Shown: one piece after another, positions 1-8,993 of the stretch | Layout of the letters: each line of letters starts with the position of its first letter | Position numbering within the stretch: the first letter of the stretch is position 1 | DNA from: Candidatus Krumholzibacteriia bacterium | GTDB lineage: Bacteria; Krumholzibacteriota; Krumholzibacteriia; LZORAL124-64-63 | NCBI GenBank assembly: GCA_050174015.1 | Contig: JBFXKG010000002.1 | Span: 192,001-256,000 of the forward strand | Direction of reading: 5' to 3' | DNA length: 64,000 bases | Notes under the pieces: generated by a model | Told to the model about the DNA's origin: nothing | The model's input: only the letters and a program-made list of their open reading frames with translations | Databases searched by the model: none | Position numbers and translations under genes: made by a program

Positions 1-96
1 GCCCCCCGTTCCCGCGTCCGGCCGGGGGGTGGCGGTTCGGCGATTCTCCATTATATTTGTTTTAACGATTAACGGTGCAACATCAAAGGAGGCGAC

Positions 97-795
97 ATGA
101 TCAAGCTCCGCCGATCCGCCGACAGGGGCCGCTTCGATCACGGCTGGCTGCAGACCCGGCACACCTTTTCCTTCGGAGCGTACGTGGATCCCGAGCACAT
201 GGGATTCCGGGATCTGCGCGTCATCAACCAGGACGTCATCCAGCCGGGCCGGGGGTTCGGAAGCCACCCCCACCGGGACATGGAGATCCTGACCTACGTC
301 ACCGACGGGGCCCTCGAACATCGCGACAGCCTGGGCAACGGCTCGGTGATCCGGCCGGGAGAGGTCCAGGTCATGAGCGCCGGCCGGGGAGTGACCCACA
401 GCGAGTTCAATCCGGATCCGGATCGACCCGCGGGTCTCCTCCAGATCTGGGTCCTGCCGGCGGTGAAGGGTGTCCAGCCGCGCTACGACCAGAAGGCTTT
501 CGCGGCCTTGGCCGAGCCGGGCGCCCTCGTCCAGCTGGCCTCGCCCGACGGGGCCGGCGGATCCCTGGTCTGGGGCCAGGACGTCAGGCTCTGGGGCGGC
601 AGGCTGGCGGGCGGTCAAACGTTGAGCGTTCCCGTCGATCCGGCCCGCCATGCGTGGGTGCAGGTGGTGGCCGGAGCCCTCCGCCTGGACGACCTTGTGC
701 TGGAGGCCGGTGACGGCGCGGCGGTGTCCGGCCGGGCCGGCCTGGGGTTCGCGGTGGAAAAAGACGCCGAAATCCTCTTCTTCGATCTCAAGTAG
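97..795 (+). CDS. Pirin family protein (YhhW-like quercetinase)
   Basis: RG-x-FDHGWL, HTFSF, FGSHPHRDMEI, H-x-DSLGN, QVMSAG-x-G-x-x-HSE pirin motifs; SD AAGGAGG at 87-93. Confidence 0.93.
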   Translation: MIKLRRSADRGRFDHGWLQTRHTFSFGAYVDPEHMGFRDLRVINQDVIQPGRGFGSHPHRDMEILTYVTDGALEHRDSLGNGSVIRPGEVQVMSAGRGVTHSEFNPDPDRPAGLLQIWVLPAVKGVQPRYDQKAFAALAEPGALVQLASPDGAGGSLVWGQDVRLWGGRLAGGQTLSVPVDPARHAWVQVVAGALRLDDLVLEAGDGAAVSGRAGLGFAVEKDAEILFFDLK

Positions 796-808
796 CCGGG
801 AGGAACCC

Positions 809-1438
809 ATGGACGACCCGAGGAAAGAAGACCGGCGGGCCCCCGCCGACCATCCCATCCACGAGCTCATCCGCGGACGCTGGAGCCCTTACGCCTTCGC
901 CCCCGAGGGCGTCCCGGTCGCCGACCTGCTCGGTCTCTTCGAGGCTGCGCGCTGGGCGCCCTCGTCCTTCAACGAGCAGCCCTGGCGCTACCTGGCGGCC
1001 AGGCGGGAGGACGGTACTTCCTTCGGGAAGCTGCTCGGGTGCCTGATGGAGCCCAACCGGGTCTGGGCGCAGCACGCGGGGGTCCTCGTGCTCACCGTGG
1101 CCCGGACGACCTTGACCCGCAACGGCAAGCCCAACGGCAAGGCCCTGCACGACGTCGGGCTCGCCTCGGCCCAGCTGACCGTCGAGGCGGCCGCCCGCGG
1201 GCTGGCCGTCCACCAGATGGGCGGCATCCTCCCGGACCGGGCGCGCGAGGAATTCGGCATCCCCGCGGATTTCGAGCCCGTGACGGCGCTTGCCATCGGC
1301 CGCCCTGGCGATCCCGGGATCCTGCCGGAGTCCCTGCGGGAGCGGGACGGGGAGCCGCGGGTGCGCCGGGCCCTGGAAGGGACGGTCTTCGGTCCGGTCT
1401 GGGGCGAACCTGCGCCCTTCCTGGAGGAGTCCAAATAG
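809..1438 (+). CDS. Nitroreductase family protein
   Basis: RWSP-x-AF, ARWAPSSFNEQPWR, HQMGG motifs; start moved to ATG 809 after GGGAGGA. Confidence 0.9.
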   Translation: MDDPRKEDRRAPADHPIHELIRGRWSPYAFAPEGVPVADLLGLFEAARWAPSSFNEQPWRYLAARREDGTSFGKLLGCLMEPNRVWAQHAGVLVLTVARTTLTRNGKPNGKALHDVGLASAQLTVEAAARGLAVHQMGGILPDRAREEFGIPADFEPVTALAIGRPGDPGILPESLRERDGEPRVRRALEGTVFGPVWGEPAPFLEESK

Positions 1439-1466
1439 AAAAAATTATAATATATCAACAATACTC

Positions 1467-1495
1467 TTGACGGCGTCGCCATCTTCTGATAGAAT
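1467..1495 (+). promoter_or_regulatory. sigma70-type promoter
   Basis: TTGACG-17 bp-TAGAAT with extended -10 TG, AT-rich UP-like tract upstream. Confidence 0.7.
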
Positions 1496-1553
1496 GTTTT
1501 CATCGGGAGTTCGAGGAACTCGCCTGGCTCCACCCCAGGCAAGGAGGTACGCC

Positions 1554-1988
1554 ATGAAGTTCCCGGTCCTCATCATCCTGCTTGTGGCCGTTCCGGCCCT
1601 GTGCGTCCCCGTCTTCGCGGAAGAGTACGTGAACGGTCCCCGGGAAGTGGTCATGGACCATCCCGGTCAGGATCTGCCGTCCAGCTTGCCTTTCGCCGTG
1701 TTGACCTTGTCCTCCATCCACGAGGAAATCCGTGTGGTTAAGGAGAAGACGGCCGAAGAGGTCCAGCAGCTGCTGGGCCGCCTGGCGTCCGCAACCACCG
1801 AGGAGGAGGCCGTCGCCCTGGTGCGGCGGATCGAGCAGGTCGAATTCGACCAGACCCTCTCCATCCTGAAGATCCAGATCAAGCACGCCCGCAAGGCCGG
1901 GCAGTTCGAACTGGTGCGCCGGCTCGAGAAGGAGGTGGGAGCCATGCTGGAGAACCGGATCCAGGTGGCTGCCTCCGAGGTCCGCTAG
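1554..1988 (+). CDS. Secreted hypothetical protein, helical/coiled-coil C-terminal part
   Basis: SD AAGGAGG, signal peptide MKFPVLIILLVAVPALCVPVFA, own promoter and downstream hairpin. Confidence 0.75.
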   Translation: MKFPVLIILLVAVPALCVPVFAEEYVNGPREVVMDHPGQDLPSSLPFAVLTLSSIHEEIRVVKEKTAEEVQQLLGRLASATTEEEAVALVRRIEQVEFDQTLSILKIQIKHARKAGQFELVRRLEKEVGAMLENRIQVAASEVR

Positions 1989-2006
1989 CCGGCCGCAGGC
2001 AAACAG

Positions 2007-2036
2007 CGAAGGGCGGGTCTGATGACCCGCCCTTCG
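2007..2036. terminator. 13-bp GC hairpin between convergent genes
   Basis: CGAAGGGCGGGTC-TGAT-GACCCGCCCTTCG. Confidence 0.65.
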
Positions 2037-2051
2037 TGCCGTGCGCCCGGT

Positions 2052-2900
2052 TCAGGAAGCGACGAATTCCAGCTTCTCGACCGCGGGAATGATCCCGGCC
2101 GCGTGGCCGCGGTCCAGCAGTTCCCTGATGGCCGCGCGGCCCCGGTCCCCGTAGTCCAGCGTCCAGTCGTTCACGTACATCCCCACGAACTCGTCGGCCA
2201 GTTCGACGCCCATGTCGCGGGCCCAGCCCAGGGCGTAGTCCAGGGCGGCGGCCCGGTTCTCCAGGCTGTACCGGATGCTCGCGGTGAGGATGTCGCTGAT
2301 GTCCTTCATCTTGTCGCCGTGCTTCTTGTGGATGGCGTTGCCGCCCAGGGGCAGGGGCCAGTCGCGATGACCGGTGGCTTCCCACCACCAGGTCCCGAGG
2401 TCGAGGCAGTCGTGGAGGCCCGCTTCCCGATAGGTGAGCTGTCCCTCGTGGATGATGAGCCCGGCGGGGAACTCGCCGGAGGCCACCTTCTCGATGATCC
2501 GGTCGAAGGGGACGACCACGGGCTCGAAGTCCCCGATGGCGAGCTTCAGCTCCAGGTAGGCCGAGGTCATCAGGCCGGGCACGGCGATGGTGGAACCCTT
2601 CAGGTCGGCCGGGGCGATGGGGTGCGGGGCGACCACCATGGGACCGTAGCCGAAGCCCATGCTGGCCCCGGCGGGAAGCAGGGCGTACTTGTCCAGCACG
2701 TAGGCGTAGGCGTGGATGCTGATGGCCGTGATGTCCAGCTCGCCCCGGGTGGCCCGCTCGTTGAGGGTCTGGATGTCCTGAAGGACGTGGGTGAACCGGT
2801 ACGGGCCGGTCTCGATCTTGTCCCTGGCCAGGGCGTAGAACATGAAGGCGTCGTCGGGATCGGGGCTGTGGCCCAGGGTCAGTTCGATGGTTCCGGACAT
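2052..2900 (-). CDS. mqnD: 1,4-dihydroxy-6-naphthoate synthase (futalosine menaquinone pathway)
   Basis: GHSPDPDDAFMFYAL, GASMGFGYGP, IIHEGQLTY, PLPLGGN, FVGMYVN. Confidence 0.88.
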   Translation of the reverse strand: MSGTIELTLGHSPDPDDAFMFYALARDKIETGPYRFTHVLQDIQTLNERATRGELDITAISIHAYAYVLDKYALLPAGASMGFGYGPMVVAPHPIAPADLKGSTIAVPGLMTSAYLELKLAIGDFEPVVVPFDRIIEKVASGEFPAGLIIHEGQLTYREAGLHDCLDLGTWWWEATGHRDWPLPLGGNAIHKKHGDKMKDISDILTASIRYSLENRAAALDYALGWARDMGVELADEFVGMYVNDWTLDYGDRGRAAIRELLDRGHAAGIIPAVEKLEFVAS

Positions 2901-2913
2901 GGATCCTCCTTGG

Positions 2914-3984
2914 TCAACGGCGCCTCTTCAGGGACGCGACGAGCAGAGCGATCAACAGGACGAGGGCCCCGAGCAGCAGCAGGCGGGTCGAGCCGCCGGC
3001 GCCGGAGGGGGCCTGGTCGGCCTCCTCCGGCGAGGGCCCCGCGGCCCCCGAATCGGCCTGGGCGAAGATCTCGCCCTCGGGCCCCTGGATATGTTCGCCT
3101 CCCATGAGCGTCATGGCAAATACCTGGTTCGCCTCCAGGGCGGGTCCGGTGTGCCGGCTGTAGCCCGCGGCGTCCTGGTAGTTGTCCGATTCCAGACCGA
3201 TGCCCCGGACCTCGAGCCACGAGGGCGTGGACAGGATGCTCCAGGCGGCGATGGGCAGGTCGGAGCCCATTTCCAGGGCCATGCCTTCCTGCCAGGGCAC
3301 CACCGCCGTCACGCGCACGCTGTTGTTGCCCCAGACCAGGGGAACGTCGAGCCCCAGTTTCCCCGGGGCCGCCACCTGGAAGGGGACGGGGGTGGGAAGG
3401 AGCCCGCGCCGGTACTCCGCGGTGATGTCCTCGGCGCCGACGGGCAGGGCGAGGACCACGGTTCCTTCGGGGTCATGGACGGTCAGCTGCGGACCGGTGG
3501 CGTTCTCGATCTGCAGCAGGTATTCCAGGCGCAGGACGGTGTCCTGCCGCTGCAGGACGAGGTTGAGCCCCTTGACGGTCACGGCGGACTTGGCGGGCGT
3601 GGTGTCGAAGACGTGCAGGGTGTGGACGCCCTCGGCCAGATCCCGGCCCCGGAAGCTGAAGTAATAGGGGACGTCGCGCCACCAGGCCGTCACCACGTAC
3701 TGCGCGCCTGCGATCAGCGGAACCGACTCCACGGTGATGATCGAGTCGGCGGGTCGGATGTCGGTGATGACCACGGCCGTCTCGGCCAGGTACTCGATGG
3801 TCAGGCGCTCGCAGTTGCCGGCCTGGCCGGTGGTGGCGTTCATGATCTCGAACCGCACGTCCTCGGGGAAACCGTCGAGGGTCTGGGCGCCGACCGCCGC
3901 GGGCAGGAATCCCGCTGCGCCGGCAAGGAGCAGCCAGGATGCAATGATCGCGGAACGGCCGGTCCGGTGGCATCCTTTTCGCAT
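2914..3984 (-). CDS. Exported beta-rich hypothetical protein with C-terminal membrane anchor
   Basis: Signal peptide (LLLAGAAGFLPAAVGA-Q); ends GAGGS-TM helix-KRRR; start uncertain. Confidence 0.7.
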   Translation of the reverse strand: MRKGCHRTGRSAIIASWLLLAGAAGFLPAAVGAQTLDGFPEDVRFEIMNATTGQAGNCERLTIEYLAETAVVITDIRPADSIITVESVPLIAGAQYVVTAWWRDVPYYFSFRGRDLAEGVHTLHVFDTTPAKSAVTVKGLNLVLQRQDTVLRLEYLLQIENATGPQLTVHDPEGTVVLALPVGAEDITAEYRRGLLPTPVPFQVAAPGKLGLDVPLVWGNNSVRVTAVVPWQEGMALEMGSDLPIAAWSILSTPSWLEVRGIGLESDNYQDAAGYSRHTGPALEANQVFAMTLMGGEHIQGPEGEIFAQADSGAAGPSPEEADQAPSGAGGSTRLLLLGALVLLIALLVASLKRRR

Positions 3985-4099
3985 GGAATCTCCTGTCCGC
4001 TTGAGTTCACCCGGGACTTCCGATACATTCCCGCAGAGTATAGGGCCCTGGGCCGCCGAATCAACGTCGCGCTGGGCATGCCGCCCCGAAAGGTTGATC

Positions 4100-5179
4100 A
4101 TGATATCGCAACCGGCCGTCCTGTCACGCAATTCCCGTACCCGGTACGCCGTCCTGGCGGCGCTCCTGGTGTTCGGGGCCGGCAGCCTGCGGGCGGATAC
4201 GGCCTGGGAGACCTGGTCGTCCGACACCTTCACCCTGCAACCGCGCGAGACCTTCCAGTTCCGCGTGGGGTTCGCCGACATCCAGGTGCGCAGCTGGAAG
4301 CTGGTCGTGGACGGGGGGCTGAACCGGTGCGATCTGAGCGTCCTGCGGGTCAAGGGCGAGTCCCTGATCTACTACCAGACCGACGAGTCCCGGCACGAGG
4401 CCGTCATCCCCTGGGGCGAGGGCGAGGAGATCATCGTCGTGATGACCAACCGGCAGCACCAGGCCACCTTCGCGGTGAACCTGCTGGGGCCGCCCCGGGA
4501 CCAGGTCCACGCCGCCTATTCCTACCACGTCAACCGGGCCCTCGAAGCCTTCGCTTCGGGGCGCCGGCTCGACGCCGAGGAGGAGTGCGAACGGGCGCTG
4601 AAGGAGGATCCGGCCGACGGGGTCGCCAAGGTGCTGCTGGCGGGATTCCTGCGCGACCGCAACTTCTACACCCGGGCCTCAACCTACATCGAGGGCGCGC
4701 TGGAGGAGGATCTGCCCCCGGAGATGCGCACCCTGGCCGAGGGGCTGGCGGCCGAGTTGGAACTGCTGCGCGCCCCGCTGCCCCAGCCGGTGGCGGACCA
4801 GGTGGCCCGGGCCGAGGAACTGCTCGGCAAGGGACAGGCCCAGCAGGCCCTGGACATCTGCCGCGAGCTGGCCGAGGACCACGCCGACCTGCCCAGCCAG
4901 GCCCGCAGCCGCATCGAGATGCTGCGGGGACAGGCCCTGGACGGAGTGGGCCGGGATTTCGAGGCCGTGGACTCGTTCACCCAGGCCCTGAGCTTCAGCC
5001 GCAACCGGAACGCCGACGCGGTCATCTACTTCCACATGGGCCGGCTCTTCCTGAAGATGGACAATCTGGTCCAGGCCCAGGGATCGTACACCATCGCCCT
5101 GCAATACGGCCTGCCCAGCGGCCTGGACGTCCAGGCCCGCGAGGCCCTGGTGACCATCGGCAACCGGCTCGGCAAGTAG
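4100..5179 (+). CDS. Exported tetratricopeptide-repeat protein
   Basis: Signal peptide, N-terminal beta domain, then helical TPR-like repeats; start uncertain. Confidence 0.75.
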   Translation: MISQPAVLSRNSRTRYAVLAALLVFGAGSLRADTAWETWSSDTFTLQPRETFQFRVGFADIQVRSWKLVVDGGLNRCDLSVLRVKGESLIYYQTDESRHEAVIPWGEGEEIIVVMTNRQHQATFAVNLLGPPRDQVHAAYSYHVNRALEAFASGRRLDAEEECERALKEDPADGVAKVLLAGFLRDRNFYTRASTYIEGALEEDLPPEMRTLAEGLAAELELLRAPLPQPVADQVARAEELLGKGQAQQALDICRELAEDHADLPSQARSRIEMLRGQALDGVGRDFEAVDSFTQALSFSRNRNADAVIYFHMGRLFLKMDNLVQAQGSYTIALQYGLPSGLDVQAREALVTIGNRLGK

Positions 5180-5199
5180 CGGGAACCAGCAAAGCGAGG

Positions 5200-6303
5200 A
5201 TGCCGACCGTGATCGTCCGGACCGACTGCTTCCACTTCCGGGGCCACGTGCCCTGCACCCCCCACAAGCTGCGGGGCGTGCACTGCGAGGGGTGCCCCGA
5301 GTTCCGGCCCCGCCGGGGACGCATCCTGATCATCAAGCTGGGCGCCGCCGGCGACGTCATCCGCACGACACCCCTGCTGACCCCCCTGCGGCGGGACTTT
5401 CCCGACCATGCCCTGAGCTGGGTGACCGATTTTCCCGAACTGCTGCCGGCGTTGGTGGACGATCCCCTGAAGCTCGGTCACGAGACGATCCTCTGGTTGC
5501 GCCGGACCCGGTTCGATCTGGTGATCAACCTGGACAAGGACCGCCAGGCCTGCGCCCTGGCGCGCGAGGTGCAGGCGGACCGCCTCTGGGGATTCACCCT
5601 GGGGGACGACGGGCTCTGCCGGCCGGCGACCGAGGGCGTGACGGCGGCCCAGGTCCAGGCGGCGCAGGACAAGTTCCTGACCGGGCTGTTCGACGACGTG
5701 AACCGGGCCTGCACGTCGAGCTATCCCCAGGAGATCTTCGCCATCTGCGGCTACGAATTCCAGGGCGAGGAATACGTCCTGGACCGTTCTCGGGAACCCC
5801 GGGATTTCGACCTGCCGGCCGGCAGCAGGATCGTCGGCCTCAACACCGGGTGCGGGGGGCGCTGGACCAGCCGTCTGTGGCCGGAGGAGTCCTGGGCGGA
5901 ACTTGCCTGCGACCTGCAGGACCAGGGCTACGCGGTGGTGCTGCTGGGCGGGCCGGAGGAAGACCCGAAGAACCGGCGGCTGGCCGCCCGGACCGGGGCC
6001 TCTTATCCCGGCCACTTCGACCTGAGGACCTTCGTGGGGCTGGTGGACCGCTGCGACCTGGTGGTCACGGCCGTGACGATGGCCATGCACGTCGCCCTGG
6101 GACTGGGCAAGAAGCTGGTCCTTTTCAACAACATCTTCAATCCGAACGAATTCGAACTGTACGGGAGGGGACGGATCGTCGCGCCGGAAAAACCGTGCAC
6201 CTGCTTCTTCCAGCCGCGCTGCACCAGCGACCGCTTCTGCATGGAGACCCTGCGTCCGGCGGCCGTCCTGGCGGCGGTGGGCGACCTCCTGGGTTCACGA
6301 TGA
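5200..6303 (+). CDS. Glycosyltransferase family 9 (heptosyltransferase-like)
   Basis: [32 protein letters not shown]-x-W, TMAMHVA; Cys-rich termini. Confidence 0.88.
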   Translation: MPTVIVRTDCFHFRGHVPCTPHKLRGVHCEGCPEFRPRRGRILIIKLGAAGDVIRTTPLLTPLRRDFPDHALSWVTDFPELLPALVDDPLKLGHETILWLRRTRFDLVINLDKDRQACALAREVQADRLWGFTLGDDGLCRPATEGVTAAQVQAAQDKFLTGLFDDVNRACTSSYPQEIFAICGYEFQGEEYVLDRSREPRDFDLPAGSRIVGLNTGCGGRWTSRLWPEESWAELACDLQDQGYAVVLLGGPEEDPKNRRLAARTGASYPGHFDLRTFVGLVDRCDLVVTAVTMAMHVALGLGKKLVLFNNIFNPNEFELYGRGRIVAPEKPCTCFFQPRCTSDRFCMETLRPAAVLAAVGDLLGSR

Positions 6304-7469
6304 AGCTGGCCTTCCTGGGTCCGGCTCCGCCTTTCCGGGGGGGCATCGTCACCTACTACGGCATGCTGGCGCGGGCCCTGAAGGCCCGGGGCCACGAGGT
6401 GTTCTGGGCCTCCTTCCGCAAGCAGTACCCCCGCTTCCTCTTTCCCGGCACGGAGCAGGAAGGGCGGACCGCCGCGTGGCTGGACCACCCCGACCATCCC
6501 CGGTTCGTCGCCTGGTCGCCCTGGAGCTGGTGGCGCACCTATCGCGACCTGAAGCGGGCGTCCCCCCGCGCCCTGGTGATCAAGTACTGGATCCCGTTCT
6601 TCGCGCCGGGCTTCTTCGCGGTGACCTGGCTGCTCCGTCGCAACACCGCCGTGCGCGTGGTCTACCTGCTGGACAACGTCATCCCCCACGAGAAGTACCC
6701 GCTGGGGATGTTCCTGACCCGGCTGGCCCTGAGGCAGGGGCACGGCTACATCGCCCAGAGTTCCCAGGTGCGACGGGACCTGTTCACCGCGCTGCCGGGA
6801 ACCGATCCGGCGGCGGTGGTGGATGCGCCCCATCCGGTCTATGATTTCGGGGAGCCGGGACGGCCGCGCAAGACCAGGGCCGAAGCGCGGCAGGCCCTGG
6901 GTCTCGAGGGGGCCGCGCACCTGGTCCTGTTCTTCGGGTTCATCAAGCCCTACAAGGGCGTGATCCACCTGATCGACGCGGCCGGTCCCCTGCGGCGGGA
7001 GTTCGGCCGGGATCTCGAGATCCTCATCGTCGGCGACGTCTACGGCGAGAAGCAGCCCTACCTGGACCGGATCGCCGCCTCGGGGGGGGGCGACGTCGTC
7101 CGCCTGGTCGACGGCTTCGTGCCGGACGAGATCGTCGAGGACTACTTCGTGGCTGCCGACCTCGTGGTGCTGCCCTACGTCTCGGCGACGCAGAGCGGCA
7201 TCGTCCAGATCGCCTACAACTACGACCTGCCCGTGGTGACGACCAGTGTCGGGGGCTTGCCCGAAGTGGTCGAGGACGGGCGGACGGGGTTCCTGGTTCC
7301 GCCGGGCGACCCGGCGGCCCTGGCCGCCGCCGTCACGCGGTTCTTTCGCGAGGAGAAGGCCGCCGCATTCGCCGGGGCCGTGGCGGCGCAGAAGAAGAAG
7401 TATTCCTGGGACGCCATGGCCGAGGCCATCGAAGGCCTCGCGGGCGGGGACCGGGAGGAAGGCCGATGA
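6300..7469 (+). CDS. Glycosyltransferase family 4
   Basis: [23 protein letters not shown]-x-[18 protein letters not shown] overlap with GT9 gene. Confidence 0.9.
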   Translation: MKLAFLGPAPPFRGGIVTYYGMLARALKARGHEVFWASFRKQYPRFLFPGTEQEGRTAAWLDHPDHPRFVAWSPWSWWRTYRDLKRASPRALVIKYWIPFFAPGFFAVTWLLRRNTAVRVVYLLDNVIPHEKYPLGMFLTRLALRQGHGYIAQSSQVRRDLFTALPGTDPAAVVDAPHPVYDFGEPGRPRKTRAEARQALGLEGAAHLVLFFGFIKPYKGVIHLIDAAGPLRREFGRDLEILIVGDVYGEKQPYLDRIAASGGGDVVRLVDGFVPDEIVEDYFVAADLVVLPYVSATQSGIVQIAYNYDLPVVTTSVGGLPEVVEDGRTGFLVPPGDPAALAAAVTRFFREEKAAAFAGAVAAQKKKYSWDAMAEAIEGLAGGDREEGR

Positions 7470-7804
7470 AGCAGAAGCTGGATCTGACCGGCCTGATCGA
7501 AGCCCTGGCGGCAGGCCGCATCGTTCCCCTGCCGGTCGAGCGCTGGCGGGACCTTGCCGGCGCCTTCACCGTCGTCGAAATCATCCCGACGGGCCTGGCG
7601 GGGGACATCCTGCTGGTGCGCCGGCCCGTCCCCGGCGGAAGGACGCCGGGCTGGGCCCTGGTCGAGCAGAGCAAGCCCGACGAACGGGTGGTGAGGCCCC
7701 TGCCGGGCCGGAAGGAGGCCCTGGCCCTGGCCGGCGAACGCCTGGCCGCCTACGAGCGCATGTGGGACGGGTGAGGCGGCTGCAAGCCTGATTACTACAA
7801 CTGA
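7466..7804 (+). CDS. Probable selenoprotein, 112 aa, C-terminal U-G-G-C motif (UGA at 7772-7774)
   Basis: In-frame TGA followed by GGC GGC TGC AAG CCT GAT TAC TAC AAC TGA; SECIS-like hairpin 7799-7817; SD GGAGG. Confidence 0.7.
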
Positions 7805-7817
7805 CCGGGAGTCGGTT
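7799..7817 (+). promoter_or_regulatory. Candidate bacterial SECIS element
   Basis: AACTGAC-CGGGA-GTCGGTT hairpin, G-containing loop starting about 31 nt after the UGA. Confidence 0.5.
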
Positions 7818-8993
7818 TTGGCCAACGTGAATACGGGATTGGATCGGCTGGCGGACGAGAGCTTCGTCGGCCTGCGCGGCCAGCGGCTGGGTCTGCTGGT
7901 GCATCCCGCGTCCGTGGACAGGCGGCTGCGCCATGCCGCGCAGCTGTTCTTCCACGCCCCCCTGGCGGACCTGAGGGTCCTGCTCGGGCCCCAGCACGGC
8001 ATCCGGGGCGAGACCCAGGACAACATGATCGAGTGGGAGGGGTTCATCGACCCGGTGATGGGTCTGCCCGTGTACTCCCTCTACGGGGAGCATCGCAAGC
8101 CGACGGCCGGGATGCTCGGGGACATCGACACCCTGGTGATCGACCTGCAGGACGTGGGCGCGCGCTACTACACCTTCATCTGGACCATGCTGCTGTGCCT
8201 GGAGGCCTGCGCGGAACAGGGCAAGCGCGTGGTGGTGCTCGACCGGCCCAATCCCCTGGGCGGCCGCCGCACCGAGGGCAACGTGCTGGACCCCGCGTAC
8301 CGATCGTTCGTGGGGCTGGCTCCCATCCCCATGCGCCACGGTCTGACCATCGGCGAACTGGCCGTCTTCTTCAGGCGGTGGCTGGGGCTCGACCTGGATC
8401 TCGAGGTGGTCTGGATGGAAGGCTGGGAGCGGGACATGGACTTCACCGCAACCGGCCTGCCGTGGGTGCTGCCGTCGCCCAACATGCCCACGGTCAAGAC
8501 CGCCATGGTCTATCCGGGGGCCTGCCTGCTCGAGGGCACCCGGCTGAGCGAGGGACGGGGGACCACGCGCCCGTTCGAGATCTTCGGTGCCCCGTTCATC
8601 GACCCGGAGACGCTGTGCGGGCTTCTGGGCAGCTGGAACCTGCCCGGGTGCCGCCTGCGCCCGCTCTCCTTCCAGCCCACCTTCCACAAGTTCGCCGGCG
8701 AGGTCTGCGGCGGCCTGCAGGTCCACATCACCGACTGGCGGGTCTTCGAACCGGTGGCGACGTACACGGCGGCCATCGGGGCGATCCGCCGGCTCTGGCC
8801 GCACGAATTCGCCTGGCGGCAGCCGCCCTACGAGTACGAGACCGTCAAGCTGCCCATCGACATCCTGGCCGGCGGGCCGGCCTGGCGCGAGGCGGTCGAG
8901 GAGGACCGATCCCCCTGGCAGATGAAGGCCGGCTGGATCGAGCAGCTGAAGGTCTTCGCGGAACTGACCGCAGGAATCCGCCATTATGGGTGA
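7818..8993 (+). CDS. namZ: Exo-beta-N-acetylmuramidase NamZ / DUF1343 family
   Basis: GPQHG, SLYG, DLQDVGARYYTF, LDRPNPLGG, RHGLTIGELA, PSPNMP, SEGRGTTRPFE. Confidence 0.88.
   Translation: MANVNTGLDRLADESFVGLRGQRLGLLVHPASVDRRLRHAAQLFFHAPLADLRVLLGPQHGIRGETQDNMIEWEGFIDPVMGLPVYSLYGEHRKPTAGMLGDIDTLVIDLQDVGARYYTFIWTMLLCLEACAEQGKRVVVLDRPNPLGGRRTEGNVLDPAYRSFVGLAPIPMRHGLTIGELAVFFRRWLGLDLDLEVVWMEGWERDMDFTATGLPWVLPSPNMPTVKTAMVYPGACLLEGTRLSEGRGTTRPFEIFGAPFIDPETLCGLLGSWNLPGCRLRPLSFQPTFHKFAGEVCGGLQVHITDWRVFEPVATYTAAIGAIRRLWPHEFAWRQPPYEYETVKLPIDILAGGPAWREAVEEDRSPWQMKAGWIEQLKVFAELTAGIRHYG

Noticed and set aside
2842..5199. 1153-aa ORF 2842..6303 as one giant protein
   Set aside because: Only the part from ATG 5200 looks like a real protein (GT9). 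The rest is an antisense or out-of-frame shadow of real genes, typical of high-GC DNA.
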